A stretch of 64,000 bases of DNA from an uncultured Candidatus Saccharibacteria bacterium (lineage in GTDB: Bacteria; Patescibacteriota; Minisyncoccia; Phycocordibacterales; UBA918): assembly GCA_964353135.1 (NCBI GenBank), contig CAYGTV010000003.1, positions 26,718 through 90,717 of the forward strand. The letters are read 5' to 3'. The notes under the pieces were generated by a model. That model was given only the letters and a program-made list of their open reading frames with translations, was not told the origin of the DNA and searched no databases. The translations under genes and the position numbers were made by a program. Below, in pieces: positions 1 to 8,366 of this stretch (positions are counted from its first letter, which is position 1; each line of letters opens with the position of its first letter).

Positions 1-584
1 GCTGCTAGCAGCAATACCACCATCACAAAAAATGTTGTGCGCTCTACAGCGTTAATGATGTTGGTTAGGGTATCAATCGAATCCTTGTTCCGGGCGTAGT
101 TGACAACATCAATCACTGGTGAGCTCACATCTTCGAGGGCTTTTTGCTCATCAAGGTATCGGGCGACTTCTTCGTATTGTGATGTTTCTTTGGCCTGAAT
201 TGCAATAGTTGCTCCAAGTGGGTTTTCGTTGAGTTCTTCTAAGGCCTGTAGGGCAATTTCGTTACCTTGGTTTCGACCACGGTACTCCTCGAGCGCTTCT
301 TCCCGAGTAGTATAGGTGACCTGCTCTACTTCAGGTAACGCAGCTACCGCAAAGCGAATTCGGTCGATTTCTTCTGCGGAGGCGTCGGGTACGAAATACA
401 CGTTGATATCGACTTTTGACTGAATGGTGTTCAGTGACGTAGTCAAAAGTTGATCAAGGAACATAGTCGCTCCGATCACAAACAGCGCTACAGTCAGCAC
501 AAACACTGATGCTAGCGACACGTATGCATTACGCCAAAAACCAACAAATCCTGCTCGTACTATTCTGCGAAGTCCAGTTAACAT
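1..584 (-). CDS. ftsX: Cell division permease FtsX, N-terminal ~194 codons. The gene runs off the window edge; the ATG is at 582-584.
   Basis: Manual translation of the minus strand from ATG 584 gives MLTGLRRIVRAGFVGFWRNAYVSLASVFVLTVALFVIG... and stays open to position 1. It starts 9 nt downstream of the ftsE stop (ftsE-ftsX order). It is absent from the ORF track because it is truncated. Confidence 0.6.
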   Translation of the reverse strand, partial: MLTGLRRIVRAGFVGFWRNAYVSLASVFVLTVALFVIGATMFLDQLLTTSLNTIQSKVDINVYFVPDASAEEIDRIRFAVAALPEVEQVTYTTREEALEEYRGRNQGNEIALQALEELNENPLGATIAIQAKETSQYEEVARYLDEQKALEDVSSPVIDVVNYARNKDSIDTLTNIINAVERTTFFVMVVLLLA

Positions 585-593
585 ACAAAAATA

Positions 594-1277
594 TTACAAT
601 ACGTATTTACCATCTGCGTCGTCCCTGATAATTCGACCCTCGTCCATTGTGATCACTCGTCGCTCAATCTCATCGACAACCCCTTTGTTGTGGGTAGTCA
701 TGATCACTGTAGTACCAAGGTCGTTGATCTTTCGCAGAATTTGCACCACTTCATAGGTTGCAATCGGATCAAGGTTTCCAGTCGGCTCATCAGCAATAAT
801 AATATCTGGTTGGTTTACAATAGCGCGTGCGATTGCTACTCGTTGCTTCTCTCCCCCTGATAGTTCGTGTGGAAAGTTAAAGGCTTTATCCTCAAGGTCC
901 ACCAGGGCGAGCGCTTGGGGGACGTTTTCTGCGATCTCTGCATCGGTACGGCCATTGGCTTCCATGGCAAACGCAACGTTTTCGTAGGCGGTTTTATGAG
1001 GGAGTAATTTAAAATCCTGAAAAATAGTTCCAATCTTCCGACGGTAGCTTGGTAGCTTTGATCGCGGGATCCGGTGGATATCAAGTGATTCATAAAAGAC
1101 AGACCCGGTTGATGGTTTGTCTTCAGCAATGATCATTTTAAGCAGAGTTGTTTTTCCAGCTCCAGAATGTCCAACGATAGATACAAATTCCTTAGGAGCT
1201 ACCTGAAACGTAATTTCTTCTAAACCTGATGCACGACCATCGTTGTAGTGCTTTGAAACGTTATCAAAATAGATCAT
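594..1277 (-). CDS. ftsE: Cell division ATP-binding protein FtsE (ABC ATPase).
   Basis: Walker [13 protein letters not shown] signature [14 protein letters not shown], Walker B IIIADEP; 227 aa; followed by ftsX. Confidence 0.9.
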   Translation of the reverse strand: MIYFDNVSKHYNDGRASGLEEITFQVAPKEFVSIVGHSGAGKTTLLKMIIAEDKPSTGSVFYESLDIHRIPRSKLPSYRRKIGTIFQDFKLLPHKTAYENVAFAMEANGRTDAEIAENVPQALALVDLEDKAFNFPHELSGGEKQRVAIARAIVNQPDIIIADEPTGNLDPIATYEVVQILRKINDLGTTVIMTTHNKGVVDEIERRVITMDEGRIIRDDADGKYVL

Positions 1278-1298
1278 GCGAAACAGTATATCACGCTA

Positions 1299-2177
1299 TT
1301 AGGCAGAAGCAGAAGCTGCTATAAACTCTTCTATATCTCCTCCTAGCACAGCATCAACATTGCGTACCTCGGTGTTGGTACGATGGTCTTTCACCAGTTG
1401 ATATGGCTGTAGTACGTAGGAACGAATCTGACTTCCCCACTCAATTTTTACGCTCTTTTCGACTGATAAACCTTCCATGTCCCGTTTGCGTTGAGCCTCT
1501 TCAAACGCAAATATTTTTCCAGCCAATAGTTTCATACCCTCCTCACGGTTTTGTAGCTGCGAACGACCGGTCGAGCAGTTCACTGAAATGTTGGTTGGTG
1601 TGTGTACAATCCGCACGGCTGTTTCTCGCTTGTTTACGTTTTGACCACCAGCGCCACCAGAGCGGGCAAAACTAATTTCTAGATCATCTTCGTTCAAAGC
1701 AAAATCAGTAATATCATCAATGTGTGGCGAGACTTCTACCAACACAAATGAGGTCTGCCGTTTGCCATTACTGTTAAACGGGGAAATCCGGACTAACCGA
1801 TGTACACCAGATTCATGTTGCAGTGTCCCATAGGCACCTTTACCTTGAATTTCAAAGGTAATATTGCGGTAGCCATTGTGATCATTGGTGTTACTATCAA
1901 GCACCACGGCCGACCACCCTTTATTCTCAGCGTACTTCTGGTACATCTCGACTAGCATCCGGGCGAAATCTTCGGCGTCATCACCGCCAGCTCCGGCCAC
2001 AATCGTAAATACAGCGTCGTTACGGTCATACTTCCCTTTCCCTGCAGCGGCGTCTTTGAGGACTTCTAGCTCCTTGTACATTGCCTGTGCCGCTTTTGGG
2101 TCGTTCCAAAAATCAGGCCGCAGCATAGCGGCTTCGATTTCAATGATACGGGCTTGGATGTCGGTTTGGTTAGTCAT
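1299..2177 (-). CDS. prfB: Peptide chain release factor 2. It is short (292 aa) and lacks part of domain 1.
   Basis: SPF tripeptide motif ([10 protein letters not shown]2-type), GGQ motif [11 protein letters not shown], and C-terminal [22 protein letters not shown]. Confidence 0.85.
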   Translation of the reverse strand: MTNQTDIQARIIEIEAAMLRPDFWNDPKAAQAMYKELEVLKDAAAGKGKYDRNDAVFTIVAGAGGDDAEDFARMLVEMYQKYAENKGWSAVVLDSNTNDHNGYRNITFEIQGKGAYGTLQHESGVHRLVRISPFNSNGKRQTSFVLVEVSPHIDDITDFALNEDDLEISFARSGGAGGQNVNKRETAVRIVHTPTNISVNCSTGRSQLQNREEGMKLLAGKIFAFEEAQRKRDMEGLSVEKSVKIEWGSQIRSYVLQPYQLVKDHRTNTEVRNVDAVLGGDIEEFIAASASA

Positions 2178-2541
2178 GTGTTACTAGAAGCTCCAGCTGA
2201 TCTCTAATCTGTCTAGCCTCATCAGTAAGATCTACTGTGGTTTGTGAACCCATTTCTGTGTCTGACGCAAGTCTCGTGGCGATTTCGCTAAGTCGCATCA
2301 AAGGATCATATAAACTCCTCAGATCATCGAATTCATCTGTTAGGGCAGCCAGTTCACGAGCTGTCATATCTTCACTTTCAGCTTCGATCATCTTCTTCAA
2401 CTCATTATATTTCAGTGCTGCTAGTCTAAGTGCCTCCTTATAGTCATGTGCTGCAATTTTATTTTTAACATCATGTAGGAAAATTTCATGACCATACTCT
2501 TGTCGATCTGCAGCCTGTTTCTCTGGTGTGTACTCTTCCAT
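2170..2541 (-). CDS. Hypothetical coiled-coil protein whose 3' end overlaps the prfB start by 8 nt. Its C-terminal ~20 aa resemble the N-terminal helix of RF2 (see finding).
   Basis: ORF of 123 aa ending ...[23 protein letters not shown]. The prfB ATG is in the +1 frame inside the last codons (CAT GAC TAA / c ATG ACT AAC). Confidence 0.4.
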   Translation of the reverse strand: MEEYTPEKQAADRQEYGHEIFLHDVKNKIAAHDYKEALRLAALKYNELKKMIEAESEDMTARELAALTDEFDDLRSLYDPLMRLSEIATRLASDTEMGSQTTVDLTDEARQIRDQLELLVTHD

Positions 2542-2564
2542 ATTTCAAGTATAGCTAAAAAATC

Positions 2565-3047
2565 CTAAATCGTCTTGACCCACATCACTGTTGGATTAGT
2601 AGAATCATGACTACGACTCGTCCAACCGAGCTTTTCGTAAAATCCGCCGTTCCCTTTTTGGGGGCTGTTTGAAAGCAACAAATTAACCGATCGCTTACCA
2701 TTATTTCCCCATTCTGCTTTCGCTACTCCTTCCAGTTCCTCCATGACAAGTCTTCCTAAACCACGACCACCAAAATCTGGATGTGTCACTACGTTGTTTA
2801 TATATGCTTGCAGTTGTGGAGGTGTCCAAAGCAGCGTTGCCTGCGCTGTCGCAACCAGCTGGCCATCAATCAACGCAAACGCAACCAATTCTTTTGGATC
2901 ATCAAGCAACACCTGGAACTCTTCTGGAGTGACATCAAACTGGTCTCCATGCAGTCGTTTTGAAACAGCAACATACTCATCACGTAATTCAGACACTTCT
3001 TTTACTGAACTGACTGTTCGGCTAGTATACAAAGCTGGCTTACTCAT
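2565..3047 (-). CDS. GNAT family N-acetyltransferase.
   Basis: Acetyl-CoA-binding motif region ...GGRGLGRLVMEELEGVAKAEWGNNGKRSVNLLL...; 160 aa. Confidence 0.75.
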   Translation of the reverse strand: MSKPALYTSRTVSSVKEVSELRDEYVAVSKRLHGDQFDVTPEEFQVLLDDPKELVAFALIDGQLVATAQATLLWTPPQLQAYINNVVTHPDFGGRGLGRLVMEELEGVAKAEWGNNGKRSVNLLLSNSPQKGNGGFYEKLGWTSRSHDSTNPTVMWVKTI

Positions 3048-3091
3048 ATATATAAAATACCACGTAATTTTGTAAATGGTATGATTAATTC

Positions 3092-3676
3092 ATGATTAAA
3101 GTACTGACCAACTTATCCAACAGACATATCCACCTGACTGACTGTGACATAGAAGTACTGTTTGGTGCTGGACATTCACTAACTAAAAAAGTTGATTTAC
3201 TGCAGCCCGGAGCATTTGCCGCAGAAGAATGTGTCGACATTGCTGGACCAGGTGGCACGATAGAACGAGTGCGGGTAGTTGGACCAACCAGGTCAGCTAC
3301 CCAATGTGAAATCCTGACTGGCGATACATATAAACTAGGCTACAAACCCGACGATGTGCCAGTTCGACTTTCGGGCGACGTAGCAGACAGTGCAGCATTT
3401 ACCATTAGTGGACCAGCTGGCAGCATTGAAAAGACTGAAGGATTAATCGTTGCCCGGCGGCACATCCACATTAATCCAGAACAAGCCACCGAACTCAATA
3501 TGACTGACAGACAATCTGTGACAGTACAAACCAAAAGCGACAAAGGGCAGACTGACTTCCACCACACTATCGTTCGTATCCAGCCAGGTGCTATCCTTGA
3601 GTGCCACATCGACACCGAAGAAGGTAACGCTGCCGGAATTAGTAATGGCTATACGGCGGAGGTGGTACGTAACTAG
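3092..3676 (+). CDS. PduL/EutD-family phosphate propanoyl-/acetyl-transferase.
   Basis: Two repeats of the PduL signature (SNRHIHL ... ARRHIHI) in a 194-aa protein. Confidence 0.7.
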   Translation: MIKVLTNLSNRHIHLTDCDIEVLFGAGHSLTKKVDLLQPGAFAAEECVDIAGPGGTIERVRVVGPTRSATQCEILTGDTYKLGYKPDDVPVRLSGDVADSAAFTISGPAGSIEKTEGLIVARRHIHINPEQATELNMTDRQSVTVQTKSDKGQTDFHHTIVRIQPGAILECHIDTEEGNAAGISNGYTAEVVRN

Positions 3677-3684
3677 ACGTGCGA

Positions 3685-3738
3685 AACCCCTGCAAGCAAT
3701 ATTCACGATGTACGTGAATATGGCATGCAGGGGTCTTG
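3685..3738. terminator. Long nested palindrome (cccctgca...tgcagggg) between the convergent pduL-like gene and the small minus-strand ORF.
   Basis: 8-bp GC-rich outer stem enclosing the inner hairpin attcacg/cgtgaat. Confidence 0.4.
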
Positions 3739-3747
3739 GTTAGTGCG

Positions 3748-3936
3748 CTAGACCAAACTGGGTCTGACAAAGCGTCCGTGGACTCTTCTTCGCTTAGGCT
3801 GTTCGACGGGCTGGTAGCAATAGCTGCAGACATGTCGCTTCTCCTTATGAGATTGGTTCCTGTTTCGGTCAAACACCACTACCACATATACATGTGACTT
3901 GTGGGGTTTATTTCTACAATAAGCATAATTACACAC
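3748..3936 (-). CDS. Possible small basic Cys4 (zinc-ribbon-like) protein of ~62 aa starting at GTG.
   Basis: Perfect Shine-Dalgarno AAAGGAGGTGA lies 7 nt upstream of GTG (3934-3936). Product contains CNYAYC ... CSYC and is Lys/Arg-rich. An alternative overlapping frame (3639..3872) also has an AAGGAG, so the call is uncertain. Confidence 0.3.
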   Translation of the reverse strand: MCNYAYCRNKPHKSHVYVVVVFDRNRNQSHKEKRHVCSYCYQPVEQPKRRRVHGRFVRPSLV

Positions 3937-4002
3937 TAGACGTTCACCTCCTTTCTGGAATGAGCTTACATTTATAATGTAGCACAACATCTAAAAAACA
4001 AA

Positions 4003-4028
4003 AAACTCCCTTGGGGAGTTTTTTGTTT
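4003..4028. terminator. Rho-independent terminator (bidirectional) downstream of tRNA-Thr.
   Basis: aaaaaactccc-ttgg-ggagtttttt, with A/T runs on both sides. Confidence 0.7.
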
Positions 4029-4031
4029 TTG

Positions 4032-4104
4032 AGCCAACACACAGAATCGAACTGTGGACCTCATCCTTACCATGGATGCGCTCTACCGACTGAGCTATGT
4101 TGGC
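4032..4104 (-). tRNA. tRNA-Thr (anticodon GGT).
   Basis: Reverse complement GCCAACA-TA-GCTCAGTCGGTAGAGC-G-CATCC-ATGGTAA-GGATG-AGGTC-CACAG-TTCGATT-CTGTG-TGTTGGC-U. Cloverleaf folds; CCA is not encoded. Confidence 0.85.
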
Positions 4105-4270
4105 AATATTTGGACCGTCGGTGGTACGGTCGCTATTTGGCTCAAGAACATGCGCAGCCGCGCAAACATGTCCAGGAATCACCGGCGGCCCACACTTGAG
4201 CGCAACGCGCATACATTCAACTCAAGTTGGGCTAGCATACCAAACACAGCGAAATAAATCCACAATTCTA

Positions 4271-4299
4271 TTGCAAAAAAGTTTCAAACTGGGTATACT
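4271..4299 (+). promoter_or_regulatory. Sigma-70-type promoter (TTGCAA-17 nt-TATACT) pointing at the tRNA-Asp leader.
   Basis: -35 at 4271-4276, -10 at 4294-4299, exact 17-nt spacer; ~210 nt upstream of tRNA-Asp. Confidence 0.55.
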
Positions 4300-4358
4300 C
4301 TTGCCACTTACTTTTGTAGGTAAACCAGAGTAAGCCTTCGGGTGTATGCGGACTGAAA

Positions 4359-4456
4359 AAAGTCTTTCCTTTCGACCGCTGCGTTCGAAAGAATTAAAAC
4401 AGGAGCATGGTGACAATGTATTGCGGAAAGAAAGGAAAAGTCTTTCCTTTCGACCA
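4359..4456 (+). repeat. Two direct copies of aaaagtctttcctttcgacc(g/a)c in the tRNA-Asp leader.
   Basis: Copies at 4359-4378 and 4437-4456, each next to ttcgaa-type short palindromes. Confidence 0.5.
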
Positions 4457-4507
4457 CTTCATTCGAGCCAAGGATTGAAAAGTAAACTTTTCGATCCGTC
4501 TCTCATT

Positions 4508-4581
4508 CGCGGTCGTAGCTCAGTTGGTTAGAGCGCCCGCCTGTCACGCGGGAGGTCGAGGGTTCAAATCCCTTCGACCGC
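4508..4581 (+). tRNA. tRNA-Asp (anticodon GTC).
   Basis: GCGGTCG-TA-GCTCAGTTGGTTAGAGC-G-CCCGC-CTGTCAC-GCGGG-AGGTC-GAGGG-TTCAAAT-CCCTT-CGACCGC-G. Confidence 0.9.
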
Positions 4582-4594
4582 GCAAAAAAGAAAA

Positions 4595-4628
4595 ACAAAA
4601 CGCTTCCTTTCGGAAGCGTTTTGTTTTT
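4595..4628 (+). terminator. Rho-independent terminator after tRNA-Asp.
   Basis: caaaacgcttcc-tttc-ggaagcgttttg followed by ttttt. Confidence 0.75.
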
Positions 4629-4629
4629 C

Positions 4630-4648
4630 TGCGGTCGAAGGGATTTGA
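4630..4648. repeat. Inverted copy of the tRNA-Asp 3' end (gcggtcgaagggatttgaa).
   Basis: Exact reverse complement of 4562-4580, placed just past the terminator. Confidence 0.7.
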
Positions 4649-4755
4649 AGGACGGAAGCTTTGCCTGGGAGGCAAAATAAGCTGAGTCAGGGTCGTGAGC
4701 GTATTGTTTTAATGAACAAAGTGAATATAAAACAAACGACTCCTGACCAAATTCC

Positions 4756-4986
4756 CTACCTCCTCCTAAACACATCATTGACCGAAAACAACAACCACAC
4801 GACATTCAATGCAACAAATGGCCAACTTTCAATAATCACCGAATACACGACCAACACACCACTTCCAATTGCATTGATAAAAAGATATACACCTTCGTCT
4901 GCTCGCCAGTAACGCAGCCGATTTCCAACAAAGCCTATCAGCACCAAAGAGGCACCAATAATCCCGAGTATCGTAATAAAATTCAT
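4756..4986 (-). CDS. Small hydrophobic membrane protein (76 aa), hypothetical.
   Basis: Two predicted transmembrane helices. It lies between the tRNA-Asp terminator and tRNA-Met; no homology recognised. Confidence 0.3.
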   Translation of the reverse strand: MNFITILGIIGASLVLIGFVGNRLRYWRADEGVYLFINAIGSGVLVVYSVIIESWPFVALNVVWLLFSVNDVFRRR

Positions 4987-5007
4987 GTGAGTAGTATAAC
5001 AACAAAG

Positions 5008-5028
5008 AAAACCGCTTTAGGCGGTTTT
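5008..5028. terminator. Terminator hairpin downstream of tRNA-Met and of ORF 4756..4986.
   Basis: aaaaccgc-ttta-ggcggtttt. Confidence 0.65.
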
Positions 5029-5037
5029 CTTAAATTG

Positions 5038-5111
5038 TGTCGACGGGAAGAATTGAACTTCCGACCTCAACTTTATGAGTGTTGCGCTCTAACCAACTGA
5101 GCTACGCCGAC
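5038..5111 (-). tRNA. tRNA-Met (anticodon CAT), elongator type, or possibly tRNA-Ile2 (lysidine).
   Basis: Reverse complement GTCGGCG-TA-GCTCAGTTGGTTAGAGC-G-CAACA-CTCATAA-AGTTG-AGGTC-GGAAG-TTCAATT-CTTCC-CGTCGAC-A. Py11:Pu24 marks an elongator-type D-stem; there is no GGG/CCC anticodon stem. Confidence 0.85.
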
Positions 5112-5247
5112 GAGTGAGTAAGCAAAGCCAAACTCGCTTGGACTTTGTTCTTACGAACGAAGTCGGCGCAAGGTGTACTGTTCAAATGCTTTGCTTTTGG
5201 ACAGTACACCTTTCAGCGACAAGTGGCTTTGTGCCGACCACAATACA

Positions 5248-5940
5248 CTATTTCCCCCCACTCTTCAATATCTCTTCTGCCCGTGCAATATCTTCTGGAT
5301 ACCCAACCGGAATCCACATTTCTTGCTCGACTACTCGGATTGGATATTTCTTTGCATACTCTTTTGTCATATCGGTATGATAAAACTCACCGTTTGTTTG
5401 AACAGTCGGCTCGTATTCAAAAATATGCTCATCAAATACAAACACTCCAGTCGACGCCAAATTAGAAGGCGGATGTTCGGGTTTTTCAACAAATTCAGCC
5501 ATCGTGCCATCTGGATGCTTGGTAACGATACCAAACCGCTCTGGAGTATCGGTCTGCAATACCAGCATTCCTCGGTCAAACGAAGTCACTCGCGCTAAGT
5601 CATTTTTCCCATGAATATCATCGGCGAACATAAAAAGAAAACGGCCTTTGATCAAATCTTTACATAGCCACAGTGCATGACCAGTCCCCTTTTGCTCCTC
5701 TTGATGAACGTAGGTGATTTTTCGACCAGCATATTCTGAACCACAGTGCTCTCTGATTTGTTCTTCTAAGTAGCCTGTTACCATGATAATTTCTTCTACC
5801 GCACTTGGTAGTGCATCGATAATATGATCGAGTAGCGCTTTGCCGTTTACTTTAACTAATGGCTTTGGAGTATGCTCTGTTAATGGTCGTAGTCTGCTCC
5901 CTTTACCTGCGGCGAGAATGATACATTGCATAGTACTCAT
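5248..5940 (-). CDS. Sugar-phosphate nucleotidyltransferase (NTP_transferase family).
   Basis: N-terminal LAAGKGSRLRPLT signature; 230 aa. Confidence 0.8.
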   Translation of the reverse strand: MSTMQCIILAAGKGSRLRPLTEHTPKPLVKVNGKALLDHIIDALPSAVEEIIMVTGYLEEQIREHCGSEYAGRKITYVHQEEQKGTGHALWLCKDLIKGRFLFMFADDIHGKNDLARVTSFDRGMLVLQTDTPERFGIVTKHPDGTMAEFVEKPEHPPSNLASTGVFVFDEHIFEYEPTVQTNGEFYHTDMTKEYAKKYPIRVVEQEMWIPVGYPEDIARAEEILKSGGK

Positions 5941-5974
5941 TTATACCATTCTCGACAGAAAAAGGTTATAACTA

Positions 5975-6301
5975 GTGTGTATGCAGCCATCTTTTAGCCA
6001 ACGTGTCTACGACCTTGTACTGACAATTCCACCAGGATATGTCACCACCTACGGAATACTGGCCAAGGCAGCCGGTGGAGGGGCGATGGCCGCGCGCAGC
6101 ATCACTAGCATTTTAGGAAAGGCACCAAACCAATCCAGTATCCCCTATCACCGGATAGTGTACAGTAACGGCACAGCCTGGCTTCCCACTGGAAACAAAG
6201 ACAAAAGAGAAAGGATAGACATGTACTCGGTTGAAGACATCACCGTCGACGACTCCGGACGCATCTATGACTTTGAAGAAAAACTCTGGCACTTTGTCTA
6301 A
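5975..6301 (+). CDS. MGMT-family DNA-binding domain protein, alkyltransferase-like. Tyr replaces the active-site Cys.
   Basis: TYGILA...IPYHRIV (PCHRV in true MGMT, PWHRV in ATL proteins); 108 aa; no N-terminal domain. Confidence 0.6.
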   Translation: MCMQPSFSQRVYDLVLTIPPGYVTTYGILAKAAGGGAMAARSITSILGKAPNQSSIPYHRIVYSNGTAWLPTGNKDKRERIDMYSVEDITVDDSGRIYDFEEKLWHFV

Positions 6302-6321
6302 AGTGTTTTACAATAAAGCAT

Positions 6322-6885
6322 ATGTCACTTCCAACCCATGCCGAAGCTGGAGTATTACTCGAACAGTACGTTACCGACCCATACCAACGCTTTCATGCGC
6401 TGATGGTTGGTACTGCCATGAAAGGCTATGCCGAAAAACTAGGCGAAGATACCAAGTTATGGTTTATGACCGGCTACTTGCATGACATCGACTACGACCA
6501 GTACCCGACCGAGCACCCAGGACCGTCTCTTGAATGGTTTAAAGACTGGGGTTACCCAACAGAACTAATTCATGCAGTCGAAGCACACGCCAATGGGTTT
6601 AACGGGTTCTCTACCCAGCCGCAATCACAGTTAGCAAAGGCGCTCATTGCTTGTGATGAAATTTGCGGAATCTTTTATGCCTACCAAAAACTAAACCCAA
6701 TTCCGTTTAGGAAAATGAAAGCTACATCAATCAAAAAACGTCTCAAAGAAGAACGGTTTGCCCCCGGAATTGATCGTGCCCATATCTACAACGGTGTAGA
6801 AGATTTTGGCATCACGATTGACGAACATGTAGACAATCTGATTGAGTTCTTTGCAGATTTGGATTCTCCAGTTTTAAATTCTTAG
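6322..6885 (+). CDS. HD-domain phosphohydrolase.
   Basis: HALMVG...YLHDIDY H...HD pattern; 187 aa. Confidence 0.7.
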   Translation: MSLPTHAEAGVLLEQYVTDPYQRFHALMVGTAMKGYAEKLGEDTKLWFMTGYLHDIDYDQYPTEHPGPSLEWFKDWGYPTELIHAVEAHANGFNGFSTQPQSQLAKALIACDEICGIFYAYQKLNPIPFRKMKATSIKKRLKEERFAPGIDRAHIYNGVEDFGITIDEHVDNLIEFFADLDSPVLNS

Positions 6886-7602
6886 TTCTAGCGGAAGCGA
6901 AGTCAGCTGCTTGTATCCATTCTCAGTGATCACAAACAGGTCCTCTAGGCGGACGCCACCGATGTGTTTGTAATACAGACCTGGCTCGACAGTAACAACA
7001 TCCCCTACCTGCAAGACATCCTCGCTGGCTGCGCCAAGCGAAGGTGCTTCGTGGACATGTTTCCCCAAACCATGGCCAACAGTATGAACAAATCCTTCAG
7101 CATATTTAAACAGTGTTCCAGTTCCTGATGTTTTGTATCCCAGCGACTCAAATACCTCTACAGATGCATTGTGAACGTCACTACATTGGACACCCGGACC
7201 AAGCATCGCTACAGATTTTGCATGGGCTTGTTTGACAGCATCATACATAGCGAGCAATTCGGGCGATGGTTCACCTAAACAAACCGTCCTGGTCATATCT
7301 GCATAAAAACCGGATTCTATTGACCTTGGATAGATATCAATGACAATCGGTTGATTCCACTCGATCACACCCGTTCCCATATAGTGTGGTTCATGAGTAC
7401 CGAGTCCACCAGCCACAATCCTACCTTCTGGTGATTCGCAGTTGTGTTCTTCTAGAGTTCGATCGAGCACTGCTTTAGCATCTTCTGAATTAGGACTCTC
7501 TGTTTGTTGCAGATACGAAATAACAGCAGTCATAGCTGACTCAGCCGCAGCAACACTTTGATTAATTGCCGTTATATCTAATTGGGTTTTATTTCGTGAC
7601 AT
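6874..7602 (-). CDS. M24-family metallopeptidase (MetAP / Xaa-Pro aminopeptidase-like catalytic domain).
   Basis: Pita-bread metal-ligand pattern ...DIYPRSIESGFYADMTRT... HTVGHGLGKHVHE ... VEPG; 242 aa. Confidence 0.75.
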   Translation of the reverse strand: MSRNKTQLDITAINQSVAAAESAMTAVISYLQQTESPNSEDAKAVLDRTLEEHNCESPEGRIVAGGLGTHEPHYMGTGVIEWNQPIVIDIYPRSIESGFYADMTRTVCLGEPSPELLAMYDAVKQAHAKSVAMLGPGVQCSDVHNASVEVFESLGYKTSGTGTLFKYAEGFVHTVGHGLGKHVHEAPSLGAASEDVLQVGDVVTVEPGLYYKHIGGVRLEDLFVITENGYKQLTSLPLELRI

Positions 7603-7605
7603 ATT

Positions 7606-8250
7606 TTACTGTGCCTTGGTTGCTAAAATCTCAACCCATTTAACTTCTTCACGCCCATACTTATCTCCTACAAATCGTTGCTCTGTAACTAAAAAACCTG
7701 CTAATTTCAGCATTTCATTTAATCCCTCTTGCGTGTAGTAGCGAAAGAAACGCTCATGGCCTGACAGAGAGTCACTCACTACTTCTGTTTCTTTATCACC
7801 TGTTTGCAACTTCACTTTCACAAACAATAACCCGTTCTGTGGCAAAACTCGATTAAACTCTTTCAATGCCTGAAGCACCTCTTCTTTCGTTTCCAAATGA
7901 ACTAAAGATGCTGTCGCAAACACTCCATCAAAAAACCTGTCTGCAAAGGGTATAGCTAGAAAACTACCTTGTATAAATTCAATCCCAGGGTTCCTCTTCC
8001 TTGCTTCTCCTAGTAAACCAATTGATATATCCAACCCTACTGGTACTGCCCCTCTATCAAGGAATAGTCCAGCATGCTTACCTGGACCACATCCTGCATC
8101 GAGGATTCTTGGGTTATCTGACAATTTTGACATAAACCAATCAACTGAATCAGATGACATGTTTGCATATGTTTTAGATGCATATTCATTAGCATTACTG
8201 TCGTACCACTCAATTGTATCTTTGAAATCCATATTAGTAGAGTATAACAA
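7606..8250 (-). CDS. Class I SAM-dependent methyltransferase.
   Basis: Motif I ILDAGCGPGKH; 214 aa. Confidence 0.8.
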   Translation of the reverse strand: MLYSTNMDFKDTIEWYDSNANEYASKTYANMSSDSVDWFMSKLSDNPRILDAGCGPGKHAGLFLDRGAVPVGLDISIGLLGEARKRNPGIEFIQGSFLAIPFADRFFDGVFATASLVHLETKEEVLQALKEFNRVLPQNGLLFVKVKLQTGDKETEVVSDSLSGHERFFRYYTQEGLNEMLKLAGFLVTEQRFVGDKYGREEVKWVEILATKAQ

Positions 8251-8366
8251 AACTAATCTTCTGAATAGAATTTTCTAAAAAAACGCCCGGAGGCGCTATA
8301 CATGTAGGAGCAAGAACAAATGAAAAAAGAAACCAGAAATGGCCCGCCGAGGCGGACCATTTGTTT

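Noticed and set aside
2170-2180. Canonical programmed +1 frameshift site in prfB.
   Set aside because: No CUU-UGA-C slippery/stop context and no SD-like stimulator were seen, and the in-frame stop is UAA after GAC. It is kept only as an open question in the findings.
3639-3872. Alternative 77-aa minus-strand ORF with AAGGAG upstream.
   Set aside because: It overlaps the Cys4 small ORF (3748-3936) in another frame, and only one can be real. The Cys4 frame has the stronger SD and a zinc-ribbon-like product. Neither is certain.
4503-4805. 100-aa minus-strand ORF spanning tRNA-Asp, its terminator and the inverted copy.
   Set aside because: It overlaps a tRNA gene and a terminator hairpin with no RBS; it is an artefact of the palindromic sequence.
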